Shown: positions 61,328-64,000 of the stretch, piece after piece
How the letters are laid out: each line of letters starts with the position of its first letter
Position numbering within the stretch: position 1 is the first letter of the stretch
Origin: Azolla caroliniana
Taxonomy: Eukaryota; Plantae; Polypodiophyta
Reading direction: 5' to 3'
NCBI GenBank assembly: GCA_043228905.1
Contig: JBHGNT010000009.1
Coordinates: forward strand, 10,912,001-10,976,000
DNA length: 64,000 nt
Notes under the pieces: model-generated
Told to the model about the DNA's origin: nothing
Database searches by the model: none
What the model saw: the letters and a program-made list of their open reading frames with translations, nothing else
Program-made: the position numbers and the translations under genes

Positions 61328-64000
61328 TGTTGAGCGGCAAGCTCAACCGGAGCCGGATCGTCTGAATAAGCTTGAGCCGGTAAGCGAGAGGAATCGGTAT
61401 GCCGGTGAGCAACCGAGCCAGTAAGCAGTAAGGACCGGTAAGCAAGAGGAGCCGATATGCCGGATCCAATCCATAACTGGAAGCCTAGTATAGGTTAGAC
61501 TATTAGGCAGTTATAGTCTCGTAGTTAGTGTCAGACGCTCGTGTGAGCATTGAAGTACACCGTACTTCTAACAGTCCCGTGTGGACTTGTATAAATAGCG
61601 CTGATGAGCGTGTTGTAGATACAGAGCACAGAGTATTAATATAATCTTGAAAAATAGTGTGTTTTGGTCTCTAACTCTCTGTCTCTCCCGCGTACTCTCT
61701 CTCTCTCTGTGTATTGTTCTTTCTAACGCTTCCGCAAGCAATCTTTTACATGGTATTAGAGCGCGTGGGTTGAGAACCTCTGTTGCAGACATCTACGCTT
61801 GTGAAGGAAACCCTAACAGATCGGAAAACAGATACAAAAGGAGAAATGGACAGAGGTATGGCTACGTCACTCCCGGTGGAGAAGCTCGACAGAACCAACT
61901 ACGCATCTTGGTCATACAAAATGCACTAGTACCTACTTGGGCATGGCTACTGGAGTTATGTCGACGGAGTGAACGACTCAGCACCAGAGACGACACACAA
62001 GGACTTCCCAGTGTGGGAACAGGCGGCAAGCAAGGTGATGTACTGCTTCGCGTCCAGTGTCGGTGACCAGCTGCTCAGCCATATCCGTGACACCAAGACA
62101 CCGAAGGATGCTTGGGGAAACTTGAAAAAGGTCTTCGCCGCAAGCACCACTGCTCAGAAACTGCAACTCAGACAAGAGTTGAGCAATGTTCGACAGAAGA
62201 ACATGTCGGTGGCAGATTACACAGACCGGATCAAAGGGATCTGTGACTCGCTTGCCTCTATTAACGTCACCGTAGAGGAAGACGAGATGGTGCAGGTCTG
62301 TTTTGGAGGCCTGGCGTCCAAGTTCGGAGCTTTCCGGACTGCGGTTTGTACAAGGGAGAATACGCCCTCATTTTTCGACTTACAGTCGATGCTCCTTGTA
62401 GAGGAGAACCACGCCGGTGCAGCTACCAGTGCATCCCAAGACAGCCGGATGTTGTACACGGGAGCGGATCGGTCCCGCAGGCGTGGTGGATGAGGCAGGT
62501 TGGCACGCAATGGAGGCGGCCGGCAAGAGCAGGAACGAAGGCACAGTGAGCGTGCCGACAACAGTTCCGGGACTTCCACAAGCAGAGGGAGTCAAGGTGG
62601 TGCCGGAGGCCGGCAAGACAAACCCGCTACGGAATGTTGGTATTGTGGCAAAAAGGGCCACAGGGAAAGCGAGTGCTGGAGAAAGCGTGCCGATTCGGAC
62701 AAATCCGGATCCGGCAAGACCGGTAAGGAAGGCCGGCAAAGCTCGCACTACGCAAACGGATCGGGAGGATCCAAGAACGGTAAGGGGCCAGCCTTGGTGA
62801 TGAAGCACAAGGCAAACTCAATGAAGAAGACCACTTCCAAATCGGAGGAAGTGTGGTACGTTGACTCCAACGCATCGAACCACATGACGAGCCACAGGGA
62901 GTGGTTCTCCTTTTTGGAGAAGCCGGATCAACCGGGAGTTGTCGAAACCGGAGACGACACTCCCCACCTGATCGTGCACGTCAGAGAAGTCCCTTTGAGC
63001 CGCGTCGGACAGAGGGGGAAGCTAATGAATGTATGACATGTTCCAACGATCATGAAGAACCTGGTATCGGTCGGACAGATCGTTGACCAGGGGATGCAAG
63101 TGCGGTTTACGCACCTCGGGGGCTTCATTGAGGATGAGGGTGAAGTTATTGCGCAAGGGCGTAGAGATGGGAGGATGTTTATCCTCAACACCAATGATAT
63201 CGGCACCGCAATGTTCGCCAAAGGACAGAAGGTCGAGTTGGATATCGACCTGTGGCACAAGCGGATCGGCCACGTCAACTACCGGAGGCTTCAAGACCTG
63301 CAAACGGAACAAGTCGTTTTCAGTTTGCCGAAGTTTAGCGGCCGGAGAGCCCAGATTTGTGAAGCATGCCAACTCGGGAAGCAACATCGGCTTCCATTCC
63401 CCACCGAAAGAAATCGAAGCCGTAACAAGCTTGATCTTATCCATTCGGATGTGTGGGGGCCGGCACAAAATGTTAGCATTGGCGGGAGTCGATATTTCAT
63501 CTCCTTCATCGACGACTACACGCGGCATACGTGGATCTACCTCATTGAGCGGAAGAGCAAAGTCTTCGAGTGTTTCCGGAGCCTCCAGAAGATGGTGGAA
63601 CGGGAATCGGAGAGGAAGATCAAATGCCTACGGTCGGATGGCGGAAAAGAGTACTTTTCCGGCCAATTCAACAGCTATCTGCAACAAAAAGGAATTCGGC
63701 GAGAATTCGGCTCCAGATACACACCGCAACAGAATGGTGTGGCCGAAAGGAAGAATCAGTCGCTGATTGACGCGGCTAGGGCAATGCTGGAGGAAAAGAG
63801 CATGCCTAAGTTCTACTAGGCGGAGGTAGTCCAAACGGCCGTTTACATCTAGAACCGGATCAGGGACAAGGTGTCAGCTCATGAGTTGTATTTCGGGCGC
63901 AAGCCGAATTTGAGACACCTCCAGATATTCGGCAACATAGCCTATGTACATGTGCCGGATGAGAAGCGGAGAAAGCCGGATGCAAAATCGGAAAAATGCA
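61328..64000 (+). mobile_element. Copia family A copy 5 (same subfamily as 24659-30506): 5' LTR, PBS, gag-PR-INT; runs off the window
   Basis: LTR 61328-61750, PBS TGGTATTAGAGC 61751-61762, gag MDRGMATSLPVEKL, CWYCGKKGH, WYVDSNASNHMT, INT; several premature stops. Confidence 0.96.

Overview
Eukaryotic land-plant DNA; the mix of element lineages and the TE-inflated introns suggest a non-seed plant such as a fern (inference). Positions 1-38 kb are a nest of degenerate LTR retrotransposons: several copies of one Ty1/copia family (A), other copia elements, two Tcn1-like chromoviruses, and a tRNA-Trp-primed Ty3/gypsy carrying a non-autonomous relative. Positions 39.5-60.2 kb hold one apparently intact minus-strand host gene with 11 GT-AG coding exons (about 634 aa). 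It encodes a hyperacidic N-terminus, an ARID domain and an alpha-crystallin/Hsp20 domain. Its three large introns contain LINEs, copia elements and a hAT-type MITE. Another family-A copia starts at 61328. The main leads are (i) a chromovirus LTR with a heat-shock-element array and a tRNA-like A/B-box cassette, (ii) a pol-less Gag-plus-repeat element inserted in a related full-length gypsy, and (iii) a conserved Pol C-terminal extension and PPT-enclosing hairpin in copia family A. All calls were made by eye without database searches, so lineage names are provisional.
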